In this document: one piece after another, positions 44,017 through 53,909 of the stretch
Position numbering within the stretch: position 1 is the stretch's first letter
Layout: the number at the start of each line of letters is the position of its first letter
From: Methanosaeta sp. PtaB.Bin018
GTDB lineage: Archaea > Halobacteriota > Methanosarcinia > Methanotrichales > Methanotrichaceae
Assembly: GCA_002067755.1 (NCBI GenBank)
Contig: MVQH01000077.1
Coordinates: forward strand, 1,425 to 65,424
Length of the DNA stretch: 64,000 bases
Direction: 5' to 3'
Translations under genes and position numbers: made by a program
The notes under the pieces: model-generated
What the model saw: the letters and a program-made list of their open reading frames with translations, nothing else
Databases searched by the model: none
What the model was told of the DNA's origin: nothing

Positions 44017-45177
44017 ATGATGAAGCGCATTTACATGGACCACTCCGCCACCACACCCGTAGCTCCTGAGGTCATGGAGGCGATGCTTCCATACTTTTCC
44101 GAGAAGTTCGGCAACGCCTCCAGCCTGCACAGCTTCGGCCTAGAGGCTCGGCAGGCCCTGGAAGCCTCCAGAGAAAAGGTGGCGAAGCTTTTGGGAGCAA
44201 ACCCGGAAGAGATCATCTTTACATCAGGCGGAACGGAATCCGATAACCTGGCACTGAAAGGCATAGCCTACAGGAACCGTGAGATTGGGTCGCATATCAT
44301 CACCTCCTGCATAGAGCATCCGGCAATTCTGGAGACATGTAGAATGCTCGAAAAAGATGGATTCGATGTGACCTACCTTCCGGTTACAAACGAGGGGTTC
44401 GTTGATCTGGCAGCACTTGAGTCGGCCATTCGCAAGGACACCATCCTCATCTCAATCATGCATGCCAACAACGAGATCGGGACGATCCAGCCTCTGGAGG
44501 AGATCGGCAGTCTGGCAGCCGAGAAGGATATCTACTTTCATACCGATGCAGTGCAAAGCGTAGGCAAAGTTCCCACTGACGTTGACGCCCTCGGATTAGA
44601 CCTGCTCTCCCTATCGGCACACAAGCTCTATGGGCCCAAAGGGGTGGGCGCGCTATACATTCGCAAGGGCACAAGGCTTAATAGCATCATGCAGGGCGGC
44701 GGCCATGAGCGCGGCCTTCGATCTGGAACTGAAAACGTGGCAGGCGTTGTCGGACTTGCCAGAGCGGCAGATCTGGCCAGGGAGACCATGATCCAGGAAG
44801 CGGAAAGGCTCGCTGAGCTTCGCGATCGACTGGCGAGGCTGGTCTTGGCGAAGGTGAAGGATGCCTGGATCAACGGCTCCATGAAAAAAAGGCTCCCCGG
44901 CAACCTGAACTTCGGCTTCAGATACGTCGAAGGAGAGTCGCTCCTCCTGTTCCTTGACTCAAAAGGCATCGGCGTGTCCACAGGCTCTGCCTGCTCATCC
45001 AAGAAGCTGGAGCCAAGCCATGTCCTGCTATCCCTGGGCCTCAAACCGGAAGAATGCCACGGCTCATTGAGGATCTCCATGGGAAGGTCGAACACGCAAG
45101 ATGAGGTGGACTTTGTTGCTGAGTGCATCGTCGAAGCAGTAGAGAGGTTCAGGAGCATCTCAGCGCTGGGACGGTGA
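44017..45177 (+). CDS. nifS: Cysteine desulfurase (NifS/IscS type, PLP-dependent)
   Basis: YMDHSATTP, PLP-lysine block SAHKLYGPKGVGALY, and active-site Cys in STGSACSS. Confidence 0.9.
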   Translation: MMKRIYMDHSATTPVAPEVMEAMLPYFSEKFGNASSLHSFGLEARQALEASREKVAKLLGANPEEIIFTSGGTESDNLALKGIAYRNREIGSHIITSCIEHPAILETCRMLEKDGFDVTYLPVTNEGFVDLAALESAIRKDTILISIMHANNEIGTIQPLEEIGSLAAEKDIYFHTDAVQSVGKVPTDVDALGLDLLSLSAHKLYGPKGVGALYIRKGTRLNSIMQGGGHERGLRSGTENVAGVVGLARAADLARETMIQEAERLAELRDRLARLVLAKVKDAWINGSMKKRLPGNLNFGFRYVEGESLLLFLDSKGIGVSTGSACSSKKLEPSHVLLSLGLKPEECHGSLRISMGRSNTQDEVDFVAECIVEAVERFRSISALGR

Positions 45178-45186
45178 CTATTAATA

Positions 45187-45639
45187 TCAGTGGTCAGCAG
45201 CCTTCCTGGTTTGAACCGCAAGCCCTCTCTTGATTTGTAGCATCTCCTCAGGAGAGAGCACCGCTGTTCCCGTGGCCAGCAGCGAGTCAGAAGAGTCCAC
45301 GACAAGCACCTCCTCGCCAGCGCGAATCTCCAAGTCCACATCTAAGACATGCTTTGCAAAGAGGTTTCCGCCCTTGGCCACAAATGGTGCTGCATCATCC
45401 GACGCCACGACTCTGAGCCTGGGAGACGCAAAGGCTGCATGCAGTCGCATCGCCCCGAGCATGCTCAGTGTCAAGAGATTGTCGCCGGCTCTAACGGTCG
45501 CGATCCTCTCCCTGCCAGAGTACAGGTACCTCAGCCTGCCAGTCTTGGAGAGGCTGAAGGTCGTATCATCCAAAAAGAGTGAAGCGCCTGCGCCCCGGCC
45601 AAACTGGTAGTCTGCAATGGTCCTGGCGCGCTTTAACAT
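45187..45639 (-). CDS. PUA-domain protein
   Basis: 150 aa. The N-terminal YQFGRGAG pre-PUA-like part is followed by a PUA-like barrel (FAKHVLDVDLEIRAGEEVLVVDSSDSLLATG). Confidence 0.65.
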   Translation of the reverse strand: MLKRARTIADYQFGRGAGASLFLDDTTFSLSKTGRLRYLYSGRERIATVRAGDNLLTLSMLGAMRLHAAFASPRLRVVASDDAAPFVAKGGNLFAKHVLDVDLEIRAGEEVLVVDSSDSLLATGTAVLSPEEMLQIKRGLAVQTRKAADH

Positions 45640-45795
45640 CCTTTAATCATTCGCGCTCAGGACTAAAAAAGAGTTGTGGTTTGTGGCGTTTGGATCTGGA
45701 GCATAAGCCTGGCTCCCGTTAACCCTTATCACCATAATCTATTTTGCTCTCCTCAATACATCTTGACCATCTCGCTAGTGATACCGGTGATTTGA

Positions 45796-47043
45796 TTGAA
45801 TTCCTTGAGCGTTGAAGATCCCGAAATCGCAGCCGCTATCCATTCCGAGCTGGAGCGGCAGCGAAACAATATCATATTGATCGCATCCGAGAACTACGCA
45901 AGTAGAGCGGTCATGGAGGCCCAGGGCTGCATCATGACCAACAAATATGCGGAAGGCTATCCAGGCAAACGCTATTATCGTGGCACTGCCTGCGTGGACG
46001 CTGCCGAGGATCTGGCCCGCGAGCGCTGCAAGAAGCTCTTTGGTGCAGAGCACGTGAATGTGCAACCGCACAGCGGAACCCAGGCGAATATGGCTGCGTA
46101 CTTCGCTGTGCTAAAGCCGGGCGATACCATCATGGGGATGAATCTCGCCCACGGCGGCCATCTCTCTCACGGAAGTCCCGTCAATTTCTCAGGCAGGATG
46201 TACAAGATCGTTCCCTACAGCGTTCGCAGGGATACTGAGATGCTGGACTACAGCGAGATGGCTGACATAGCAGCAAAGAGCAAGCCACAACTGATAGTGG
46301 TAGGTGCATCCAGCTACCCCCGAATAATTGATTTCAAGGCAGTCCGTGAGATTGCAGACGATGTAGGAGCCTTGGTGATGGCAGACATCGCCCACATTGC
46401 GGGCCTATGTGCTGTGGGCGCACATCCATCGCCCATTCCCTACGCGGACATAGTCACCACAACCACCCATAAGACCCTGCGCGGGCCCAGGGGTGCTCTG
46501 ATAATGTGCAGAGAGGAGCTGGCATCATCAATAGACAGGTCAGTCTTCCCAGGCACTCAAGGCGGGCCATTCATGAATTCAATAGCTGCAAAAGCTGTGG
46601 CTTTCAAGGAAGCTCTGGCCCCTGAGTTCAAGGAGTATCAGTTCCAGATCGTTCGGAACGCGCGCGCTCTTGCCGAAGGGCTTCTGAGAAATAAATTTGA
46701 TCTGGTCTCTGGTGGCACCGACAACCACCTCATGATGGTCAAACTACTCAAAGAGGGCATCACAGGCAAGGTAGCTGATGAGGCGCTTGAGAGAGCTGGC
46801 ATCACCCTCAACAAGAACATGATTCCATTCGACCCGGCCACGCCCTTTGTCACCAGTGGCATTCGGATAGGCACTCCATGCGTTACCACCAGGGGCATGA
46901 AGGAAAAGCAGATGATGCAGATAGCAGACATGATCACTGCAGTGCTGCGCGACATAAAGAACGAAGAGACCATAAAGGCTGTGCGCTCTCAGGTCAAAGA
47001 GCTCTGCGACCAATTCCCTCTGTACCCTGATCTGACATGTTGA
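45796..47043 (+). CDS. glyA: Serine hydroxymethyltransferase
   Basis: LIASENY, and [12 protein letters not shown] with the PLP lysine. TTG start as tracked. Confidence 0.95.
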   Translation: MNSLSVEDPEIAAAIHSELERQRNNIILIASENYASRAVMEAQGCIMTNKYAEGYPGKRYYRGTACVDAAEDLARERCKKLFGAEHVNVQPHSGTQANMAAYFAVLKPGDTIMGMNLAHGGHLSHGSPVNFSGRMYKIVPYSVRRDTEMLDYSEMADIAAKSKPQLIVVGASSYPRIIDFKAVREIADDVGALVMADIAHIAGLCAVGAHPSPIPYADIVTTTTHKTLRGPRGALIMCREELASSIDRSVFPGTQGGPFMNSIAAKAVAFKEALAPEFKEYQFQIVRNARALAEGLLRNKFDLVSGGTDNHLMMVKLLKEGITGKVADEALERAGITLNKNMIPFDPATPFVTSGIRIGTPCVTTRGMKEKQMMQIADMITAVLRDIKNEETIKAVRSQVKELCDQFPLYPDLTC

Positions 47044-47894
47044 TCGAAGGAAAGCTCCTGGCCTTGGACGTGGAGGCAGAGACGAGGAAGAAGGTAGAGA
47101 GGCTGGCAGAGCAAGGCGTTTTGCCGGGCCTCGCTACTGTGCTGGTAGGCGAGAATCCTGCCTCGCAAATGTACATCCGCCTGAAGCATTCGGCGTGCGA
47201 GCGCGTGGGCATTCATTCTGAGAACGTGGTGCTTGCAGAGAACACCACTGAGGAGCAGCTCATCGGCAAGATCCTGGAGCTGAATGAGCGCCCGGATATA
47301 CACGGCATCCTCTTGCAGTTGCCACTGCCAAAAGGCCTCAGTCCCAAGAAGGCCATGATGACGATCAAGCCGGAAAAAGATGTTGATGGATTTCATCCCG
47401 AGAACATGGGCTCGCTGCTTTTGGGCGCAGAGCGCCTTGTGCCCTGCACGCCACTGGGGATAATCTATGCGCTTGAGCGCCTGGGAAAGAAGCTGGAGGG
47501 TGCAGAGGTTGTGATCGTGGGCCACAGCAATGTCGTTGGCAAGCCTCTGGCAGCAATGATGCTCAACCGCAATGCAACAGTCCAGGTCTGCCACGTCTTC
47601 ACCAAAGACCTGGCGAAGCACACTCGAGACGCTGAGATCCTAGTAGTGGCTGCGGGCGTTCCAGGTCTTATCAAGAGGGATATGGTCAAGCCCGGGGCCT
47701 TTGTCTTCGACGTGGGCATCAACCGCGTAGGGAACAAGACCGTTGGCGATGTGGACTTCGAGGCTGTCAAGGACGTGGCCGCGGCCATTACGCCGGTTCC
47801 AGGAGGCGTCGGGCCGCTGACTGTGTCCATGCTGCTTTGCCAGACTGTGCAGGCTGCAGAGAGCCAGCAGCGAAAACTCGAAAAAAGAGACTAG
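47037..47894 (+). CDS. folD: Bifunctional methylenetetrahydrofolate dehydrogenase/methenyl-THF cyclohydrolase
   Basis: Contains [21 protein letters not shown] and [10 protein letters not shown]. Confidence 0.9.
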   Translation: MLIEGKLLALDVEAETRKKVERLAEQGVLPGLATVLVGENPASQMYIRLKHSACERVGIHSENVVLAENTTEEQLIGKILELNERPDIHGILLQLPLPKGLSPKKAMMTIKPEKDVDGFHPENMGSLLLGAERLVPCTPLGIIYALERLGKKLEGAEVVIVGHSNVVGKPLAAMMLNRNATVQVCHVFTKDLAKHTRDAEILVVAAGVPGLIKRDMVKPGAFVFDVGINRVGNKTVGDVDFEAVKDVAAAITPVPGGVGPLTVSMLLCQTVQAAESQQRKLEKRD

Positions 47895-47908
47895 AGGAGG
47901 CACGATAA

Positions 47909-48502
47909 CTGTCGCTGGTCATCGCCCTGGCGAAGAGCCGTGAGGCCGTAATCGGAGGCGATAGGCGGACCATCGCCTTTTGGGGCGCAGCTCCACGTCT
48001 TGAGGAGGAGCTTTACTCCGGCCAGATTAAAGATGACCAGGAGCTCAAGAAGAGAGCTGAGGAGCTTGGTGCCTCACTGCAGGTCTCAGACGGCAAGGAG
48101 AAGGTCTGGAGACGCGGAGAGCTGCTGGTAGGCGAGGTCACTGAGCTCTCGGCAGGCCTTTTGAGGCGCAGGCGGATTTATCTGACCCCGGGTGCATATC
48201 TCATAGCCGACATCGTCGGCAATATGACCAGAATAAATCGTCAGGGAGGGGTCGAATGCGTTGTTTTGGGAAATCAATACACTCAGAGGCTTGCCCGCAG
48301 CAGAGTCCTTATGGCTGGAGGGAGAGTGAGCGCAGCTCTGATCGAGAGCATCCTGAAAGAAGCTGCAGAATCGACGGCCTCGGTAAGCCACGAGCACATC
48401 ATCTTGAAGAGCGATGTCCTGCAGGCGGACCCTGTTGAAGCGCTCGGCATGGCGCTGCAGGAGGACTGCCAGAGGAACGGCTGGAGGCAATGCAGGCCTT
48501 GA
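47909..48502 (+). CDS. Conserved archaeal hypothetical protein (possibly DUF2121-like) with no canonical start codon for its first 84 codons
   Basis: The frame is open from just after TAA 47906-47908. The first ATG/GTG/TTG is TTG 48161. The upstream 84 codons read like protein (LSLVIALAKSREAVIGGDRRTIAFWG...). GGAGG lies 9 nt before CTG 47909. Confidence 0.5.
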   Translation: MSLVIALAKSREAVIGGDRRTIAFWGAAPRLEEELYSGQIKDDQELKKRAEELGASLQVSDGKEKVWRRGELLVGEVTELSAGLLRRRRIYLTPGAYLIADIVGNMTRINRQGGVECVVLGNQYTQRLARSRVLMAGGRVSAALIESILKEAAESTASVSHEHIILKSDVLQADPVEALGMALQEDCQRNGWRQCRP

Positions 48503-49212
48503 GCCTCAAGGGCACAAGACCTGGCCGCTCTGCAGTGATCCTGGCAGGCGGCAACAGTAGCCGCATGGGTGAAGACAAGGCCTTGCTGAGGTTTGAGGGA
48601 AGGCCGCTTCTTTGCTGGACTGTTGAGAAGCTTGCACTGTCCGCAGGAGAGGTCGTAGTAGTTGCCAAGGACGAGCAGCATGCAAAACAGCTTTTGAACC
48701 TGACCTGCTCCGCAGGGGATGGCTTTGGCGACCATTCGAGAGAGCTAGAGGAGCAGGACCACAGGGTAGTTTTCACCTGGGACAGCATAAGTGGTTATGG
48801 TCCAGTGGCAGGTCTATGTGCAGGCCTTTGTAAGGCAAGTGGCGTGTATGTTTTTGCCACTGGATGCGACCTTCCATTTCTGAAGCCCAAGGTAGTTGAC
48901 AGGATCTTTGAGATGGCTGATGGGCACCAGGGCTTCGATGCAGTGGTTCCAGTGCAGAACAACGGATTTTATGAGCCGCTCCATTCCGTCTATCGCCGCG
49001 ATAAGATGCTCGCCGCCTGCCGGAGGGCTCTGGAAAACAAAGAGCGACGGATCTATGCTCCCCTTCAGGAGCTGCAGGTTTATCGCGTGCTTATGGAACA
49101 CTTCAGGTCCATCGATCCAGAGCTTATGACTTTTTTTAACCTGAACACGCAAAAGGATCTGGAGACTGCAAGGGCCCTGTGGTCTGTTCATGGGCTAAGC
49201 TGCCAGCAGTAA
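48490..49212 (+). CDS. mobA: Molybdenum cofactor guanylyltransferase
   Basis: AVILAGGNSSRMGEDKALL signature and typical size. Confidence 0.8.
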   Translation: MQALSLKGTRPGRSAVILAGGNSSRMGEDKALLRFEGRPLLCWTVEKLALSAGEVVVVAKDEQHAKQLLNLTCSAGDGFGDHSRELEEQDHRVVFTWDSISGYGPVAGLCAGLCKASGVYVFATGCDLPFLKPKVVDRIFEMADGHQGFDAVVPVQNNGFYEPLHSVYRRDKMLAACRRALENKERRIYAPLQELQVYRVLMEHFRSIDPELMTFFNLNTQKDLETARALWSVHGLSCQQ

Positions 49213-49222
49213 CAATGGCAAT

Positions 49223-49405
49223 TTAAGTGTAATGTTTCAATATCAGATATATTGCGTAGACTATCACTACGAAGAGCATGAGCCGAACAAGCCACCAGAA
49301 GGTGTTCCAGAGAACGAGGGCCACCAGGATGGCCAGGAGTATCAGCACCAGATTCTTTTCGCGGCTAAGTGCAGGTTGTCGCAAGCCGTATCTCCGCCAT
49401 TGCAT
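49223..49405 (-). CDS. Possible small two-TM membrane protein
   Basis: 60 aa with two clear hydrophobic stretches, filling an otherwise empty 240-bp gap. No family recognised. Confidence 0.3.
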   Translation of the reverse strand: MQWRRYGLRQPALSREKNLVLILLAILVALVLWNTFWWLVRLMLFVVIVYAIYLILKHYT

Positions 49406-49452
49406 GTTCAGCCATACATTTCAGATGGTATTAATGTTTTTTCCTGGGGGCT

Positions 49453-50490
49453 TTGGTCGCACAGAACCAAAAGCATTATACATCCACATTCCCCTTGAGG
49501 CGTGGTGACTCTCCTTTGGATAAGTTTGAGCTGGTGACGAGGAATGTGGAAGAGATTGTGACTGCGGATGAACTTTTGGGCCTCTTGGAGCAAAAGCTGC
49601 GGCCGCGCGCTTATGTAGGCTACGAGACGAGCGGCAAGGTGCATTTAGGTCACATGCTGACCGCCAACAAGCTGCTCGACCTGCAGAAGGCTGGCTTTGA
49701 CGTTGTAGTGCTGCTGGCAGACCTGCATGCCTTCTTGAACGAGAAGGGCTCATTGGAGGAGGTGCGCAGGATTGCAGACTACAACAGGGACTGCTTCATG
49801 GCCCTGGGCCTCGATCCTGAGAGGACGCAGTTCGTCTACGGCACAGACTACCAGCTCAAGCCAGACTACATGCTCAAGATACTGCAGATGGCTCGCAACA
49901 CCACGCTCAACCGTGCCCGCAGGAGCATGGATGAGGTCTCACGCAATGCTGAGAATCCAATGGTCTCGCAGATGATCTACCCGCTGATGCAGGCTATCGA
50001 TATCGCCGACCTCAAGATCGATCTGGCAGTGGGCGGCATAGATCAGCGCAAGATCCACATGCTGGCTCGCGAGGAGCTGCCGCGCCTGGGCCTGCCAGCT
50101 CCTGTGTGCATGCACACGCCTCTCATCCCCGGCCTGAATGGAGAGAAGATGTCTTCTTCGAAGGGCAACAACATCGCAGTGGACGAGAGCGCTGAGGAGA
50201 TCGAAAGAAAGATAAAGAGCGCATTTTGCCCTGCCAAGGTCGTGGAGAACAATCCAGTGCTGGCGATATGCAAGTACCATATCTTCCCGAGAATTGAGGC
50301 AGGCATGACGGTGAGGCGTCCCGCGAAGTTCGGAGGGGATGTACACTATGAGCGCTATGAGGCCTTGGAGTCTGATTTCGTATCAGGGGCGATGCACCCG
50401 ATGGATCTCAAGATAGCATGCGCTGAGTACATGATCGAGATACTTGAGCCTGTGAGAAGGAAGATAGGGGGTGAATCACTTTATCTTTGA
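49453..50490 (+). CDS. tyrS: Tyrosine--tRNA ligase
   Basis: HIGH-type motif (KVHLGHML) and KMSKS-type motif (EKMSSSKG). The true start may be TTG 49516 (LDKFELVTRN...). Confidence 0.9.
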   Translation: MVAQNQKHYTSTFPLRRGDSPLDKFELVTRNVEEIVTADELLGLLEQKLRPRAYVGYETSGKVHLGHMLTANKLLDLQKAGFDVVVLLADLHAFLNEKGSLEEVRRIADYNRDCFMALGLDPERTQFVYGTDYQLKPDYMLKILQMARNTTLNRARRSMDEVSRNAENPMVSQMIYPLMQAIDIADLKIDLAVGGIDQRKIHMLAREELPRLGLPAPVCMHTPLIPGLNGEKMSSSKGNNIAVDESAEEIERKIKSAFCPAKVVENNPVLAICKYHIFPRIEAGMTVRRPAKFGGDVHYERYEALESDFVSGAMHPMDLKIACAEYMIEILEPVRRKIGGESLYL

Positions 50491-50757
50491 TTCCACCATC
50501 TCTTCCCTGAGTCTGCAAAGGTTCTCGGCACCTCGGACATAGAACCAGTAGTGAACAACTATTAGAAGCCCCCACCCCACAGGCGAATAATATATGGCCC
50601 AAGACGGCTCTATCTTTATTGACCCCATCATATTCAATGCTAGCCAAATGATGTTCACCACCAGATAGATGGCTACATGAAGCTGAAATAGCTTCATTTG
50701 GTCCGAGACTGTCGCCTCTCTGAAAAGCCTCTTGTATTCATCCAGTGCTCCAGCCAT
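50476..50757 (-). CDS. Small 2TM-domain membrane protein
   Basis: 93 aa with two hydrophobic helices (LHVAIYLVVNIIWLALNMM; VGWGLLIVVHYWFYV). Confidence 0.45.
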   Translation of the reverse strand: MAGALDEYKRLFREATVSDQMKLFQLHVAIYLVVNIIWLALNMMGSIKIEPSWAIYYSPVGWGLLIVVHYWFYVRGAENLCRLREEMVESKIK

Positions 50758-50900
50758 AATCTTTCACCTATCATTATTATTAGCACCTTCACAAGATTTA
50801 TAGTTTCTGCACCTCCAGAGCACAAGCGCCAGGATCATATAAAAAGAGCCCGAAAAGGCCTGATATTAGAGCGTTCAGTCTCAATTGAGATGTTGAGGAA

Positions 50901-51566
50901 GTGGCTATGACAAAATCGATATTTATTCTTGTCTCTTTCGCATTCATCGTGGCTGTGGCGAGCTTAGCTGCCACGGCTTATGCTGGATGTTCTGCATGTC
51001 AAGGAGAGCAGAATTGGAGTGCAAGTGCAATCAGCTTTCTGGAAGGAAAGGCTGTGGACGAGACGCAACCACTGTGGGGTCCAAAGGCAGAGCGGATGCG
51101 TAACCCTCAGCTCAATTCAAATGCCGATAATGCCCAAAAGACAGAGGGAGTTGCATCTGATTCATCCAAAGGTGCAGCTAATGCGCAAGCCGCCCGAATC
51201 GATCTCATAAATGTGAGCGTTGAGCCAAATCCCGTGAGCTCTGGCAGCTACGCAAAGATCATTGCAGTATTCAAAGAGAGCACCTTGGACTCTTCCGCAG
51301 ATCAGCCTGGAAAAGAGACGCTGATGACGGCAGTTGCAACCATTACAGACTCAGCAAATAGAGTGGTTGGGAAATTGAGCCTTCTGCGATCCACTGATAA
51401 TGAGTATTCAGGTATATGGAATGCCAATGTTGCAGCAGGCATCTATAATGCAACCATCGTAGCATCTTCGATGCAGGCATCAGGGACATTCAAGGATGCA
51501 TTGCAAATTGAGGTAATTGGCACAGGAAATGCTGCCGATAGTGCAACTGTAAAAGCTACTGCATGA
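50901..51566 (+). CDS. Hypothetical secreted protein
   Basis: Signal-like MTKSIFILVSFAFIVAVASLAATAYAGC. No family recognised. Confidence 0.45.
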   Translation: MAMTKSIFILVSFAFIVAVASLAATAYAGCSACQGEQNWSASAISFLEGKAVDETQPLWGPKAERMRNPQLNSNADNAQKTEGVASDSSKGAANAQAARIDLINVSVEPNPVSSGSYAKIIAVFKESTLDSSADQPGKETLMTAVATITDSANRVVGKLSLLRSTDNEYSGIWNANVAAGIYNATIVASSMQASGTFKDALQIEVIGTGNAADSATVKATA

Positions 51567-51570
51567 GATC

Positions 51571-52284
51571 TCAAAGAAGGTCCGAGAGCATCTGTCTGCG
51601 CGGACCTTCTTTATTCTTAAGGATGAACCTGTGTCGAATCCTTCCGTGCGCTTTGATTCTCGTGTAGGCCAGTGCTTTCTCTCTTTGCTCTTTCATCTCT
51701 GCCAGGAGCTCATTCAGATCCGCAAGTTCTGCCTCTGAGAGCTCAATTTCGCACTCAAGGCCGCGGGACCAATCGAAGACACGAACGATGTAGAGTGTCT
51801 TGATGTGTATCCAAGAGCCCCTGCATCCGTCCTCCTCAGAAAGTTTACGGCATGCATAATCCACCGGCCCGCGGAATTCTTGGCATAGCTCATCTGGCTG
51901 GCAAAGCCCAAGGCTCCCAACGCCGAGATCCGGGTAGCCTTTGCTCTCCTTCTTCAAGGTTTCGCACTTCGGACAATGCATCCTTTGGAACCACTCCGAA
52001 AATATTCTATCCTCGACGTCTGTCGCTTCCAACCAGAGCCTTCTTGCTTCCTGCTCGCTATAGCCCGTCTGTCCCAAAAATGCCGCAAGGATCGCGGCCA
52101 TCCTGTGCTTGCCCTCGGAGCTTGCACCTCTCTGGAGGATGTTTTTGATGCAGGGAGGAAAGTTCTCTCGCAATGCTGGATCTGAGGCGATCCACAACAT
52201 CTCCTCTCGCCGATCTACTCCCAAGACGGATATGGGGATCTCCGATCCTTCGACAGGCCTGAGGTTGTATCTTCTTGCAGCCAT
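51571..52284 (-). CDS. Stand-alone protein resembling the Fe-S C-terminal domain of primase large subunit PriL
   Basis: FPPCIKNILQRG...GKHRMAAILAAFLGQTGYSEQEARRLW matches my memory of the PriL-CTD signature. Further Cys residues are present (CPKC, LCQPDELC, YAC). At 237 aa it lacks a PriL N-terminal domain. Confidence 0.45.
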   Translation of the reverse strand: MAARRYNLRPVEGSEIPISVLGVDRREEMLWIASDPALRENFPPCIKNILQRGASSEGKHRMAAILAAFLGQTGYSEQEARRLWLEATDVEDRIFSEWFQRMHCPKCETLKKESKGYPDLGVGSLGLCQPDELCQEFRGPVDYACRKLSEEDGCRGSWIHIKTLYIVRVFDWSRGLECEIELSEAELADLNELLAEMKEQREKALAYTRIKAHGRIRHRFILKNKEGPRRQMLSDLL

Positions 52285-52286
52285 TC

Positions 52287-53807
52287 TCAGGATCTGTTAT
52301 GCCCTCCTACGAAATAAGCCTGTGTATCTTTATCTGGCCTCGCTGCCTGGGGCACGGGAGCAGATCCCTTGCAGGCCTCGTACTCCATTCTTGTCCTCAG
52401 GATGCACTTGCTGCCTCGCAGGCCGCCCAGTGGATTTTTTGGCGTGCCCATGGAGTTCATGCAGCGAGCCATCACAGCTGCACCGCGTGCCAGGCCGTCA
52501 TCCACGAAGACGACGTTCATCTCCGGCTGATCGAAAAGCTTTAGCTTCTCTATCTCCTCCAGTATCAAACTGGGCTTATTTCCGCTAATTCCCGCCCGGC
52601 CCGTGACGCCAATGGCAGTATTCTTGGTGACGATCCCCTCCTCCACGCCGACTTCCACCAGCCGACGTGCCATGCGGGCGCATGCAATGTCCAAAGTTCC
52701 AAAGAGGGTCTTCAATCCCTTGCTTTTGTAAAGATCTGCACCGATCTCGGATAACTTGCCAAGGTCGCTTCCATTCACCCCAGCATCGCAGCCAATGAGA
52801 ACTACGCTGTTTTGCTCTGCTGCCTTTGGGTTGACTGGGACAAGTCCGTACTTTGTGCGGCTCATGGGGACCTTCTCTATTTTCACGATCTCATCTATCT
52901 GATCTGCAAATTCCGTGGCATCTCTGCCCAACTCAGGCTTCATCTTGGGGTCGAAGATATCCAAGGTGGCTCCTGTCATTCTGTCCACAAGGCCTGTGCC
53001 CTGAACCACAGCATCTGGGATTGCTCCTGCCAGGCCGAGCAAATTTCCAATTGTGTGCGCATAAGGCAGCTCTTCGCTGGTCACTCTTCCATCCAAGGTC
53101 GTCCCGAAGTCCATGGAGAGGCAAGGGTTTCGAAAGTCCACGTCTGTCCAGCGGCTGCCTTCTTTTATGCCTGCAGTGGCCAGCTCGCCCTCCATCTCAT
53201 TTGCCACGACTTCAACGCCCGTTGAACCCTGCGGCGGGAAGCACGAGGCCACTGCGCCCATGAAGATCACTTTGTCGATCAACGTGTAGTTTCTGAACTT
53301 GTCGATGATGTTATGGATGCTCATAGCAGGTGTCATGAGCCTTGGGGGGACGCCAGCCATGAGGCAGCCCTGTGCCAGAGCCTGAATGAATGCACCGACT
53401 TGATCTGGCGAGTCCAGCTCTGCCACGACGCCCGTCGATCGCACAACGAAGTGCAGATCTGTCCTGATGTCCAGCCTGGCTCTTTCATGACTTTCCACGA
53501 GTGTGTCCCTCACCAGCTCAGCTACGGACTCCCTGGTGAGTGCTGTGCCATTGATGGTGTGGGCAAATATCTCTTCTCCGGCTTTAGGAGCTCGCACGTC
53601 TCTTGTCATCTTAACAGTTTTATTGACAATATACGTCCTGCCGGCGTTCATGTCCGTAGCAGTGAGGATGCTTTTGGTAGTAGTATTGCCGACCTCCACC
53701 GACGCCACGATGTAATAGGGCTTGGTCTTGAGATCGAGATAATTTGCAGGAGGACTTTGTGCAATGCGTGGTTTTGGCTTGGACTTTAATAGGCCGCAAA
53801 GGTTCAT
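52287..53807 (-). CDS. Methanogenesis marker 14-like protein (actin/reactivase-type ATPase fold)
   Basis: YYIVASVEVGNTTTKSILTATD... and the ~500 aa size match my recollection of the marker-14 family. Not verifiable here. Confidence 0.55.
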   Translation of the reverse strand: MNLCGLLKSKPKPRIAQSPPANYLDLKTKPYYIVASVEVGNTTTKSILTATDMNAGRTYIVNKTVKMTRDVRAPKAGEEIFAHTINGTALTRESVAELVRDTLVESHERARLDIRTDLHFVVRSTGVVAELDSPDQVGAFIQALAQGCLMAGVPPRLMTPAMSIHNIIDKFRNYTLIDKVIFMGAVASCFPPQGSTGVEVVANEMEGELATAGIKEGSRWTDVDFRNPCLSMDFGTTLDGRVTSEELPYAHTIGNLLGLAGAIPDAVVQGTGLVDRMTGATLDIFDPKMKPELGRDATEFADQIDEIVKIEKVPMSRTKYGLVPVNPKAAEQNSVVLIGCDAGVNGSDLGKLSEIGADLYKSKGLKTLFGTLDIACARMARRLVEVGVEEGIVTKNTAIGVTGRAGISGNKPSLILEEIEKLKLFDQPEMNVVFVDDGLARGAAVMARCMNSMGTPKNPLGGLRGSKCILRTRMEYEACKGSAPVPQAARPDKDTQAYFVGGHNRS

Positions 53808-53909
53808 GATGCGCTGTGAAGAACTCTTGAGCGTTAAAGCCTTCGGGTCGAAACTGGACTGTCTCTGTCAGGCGATCAAAGCCATTTCACTTCTGCGTGG
53901 CAGGGGAGG

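Noticed and set aside
44628-47621. Minus-strand ORFs 44628-45341 (237 aa) and 46989-47621 (210 aa)
   Set aside because: They are antisense to nifS and to glyA/folD respectively. Those plus-strand genes carry definitive PLP and NAD(P) motifs.
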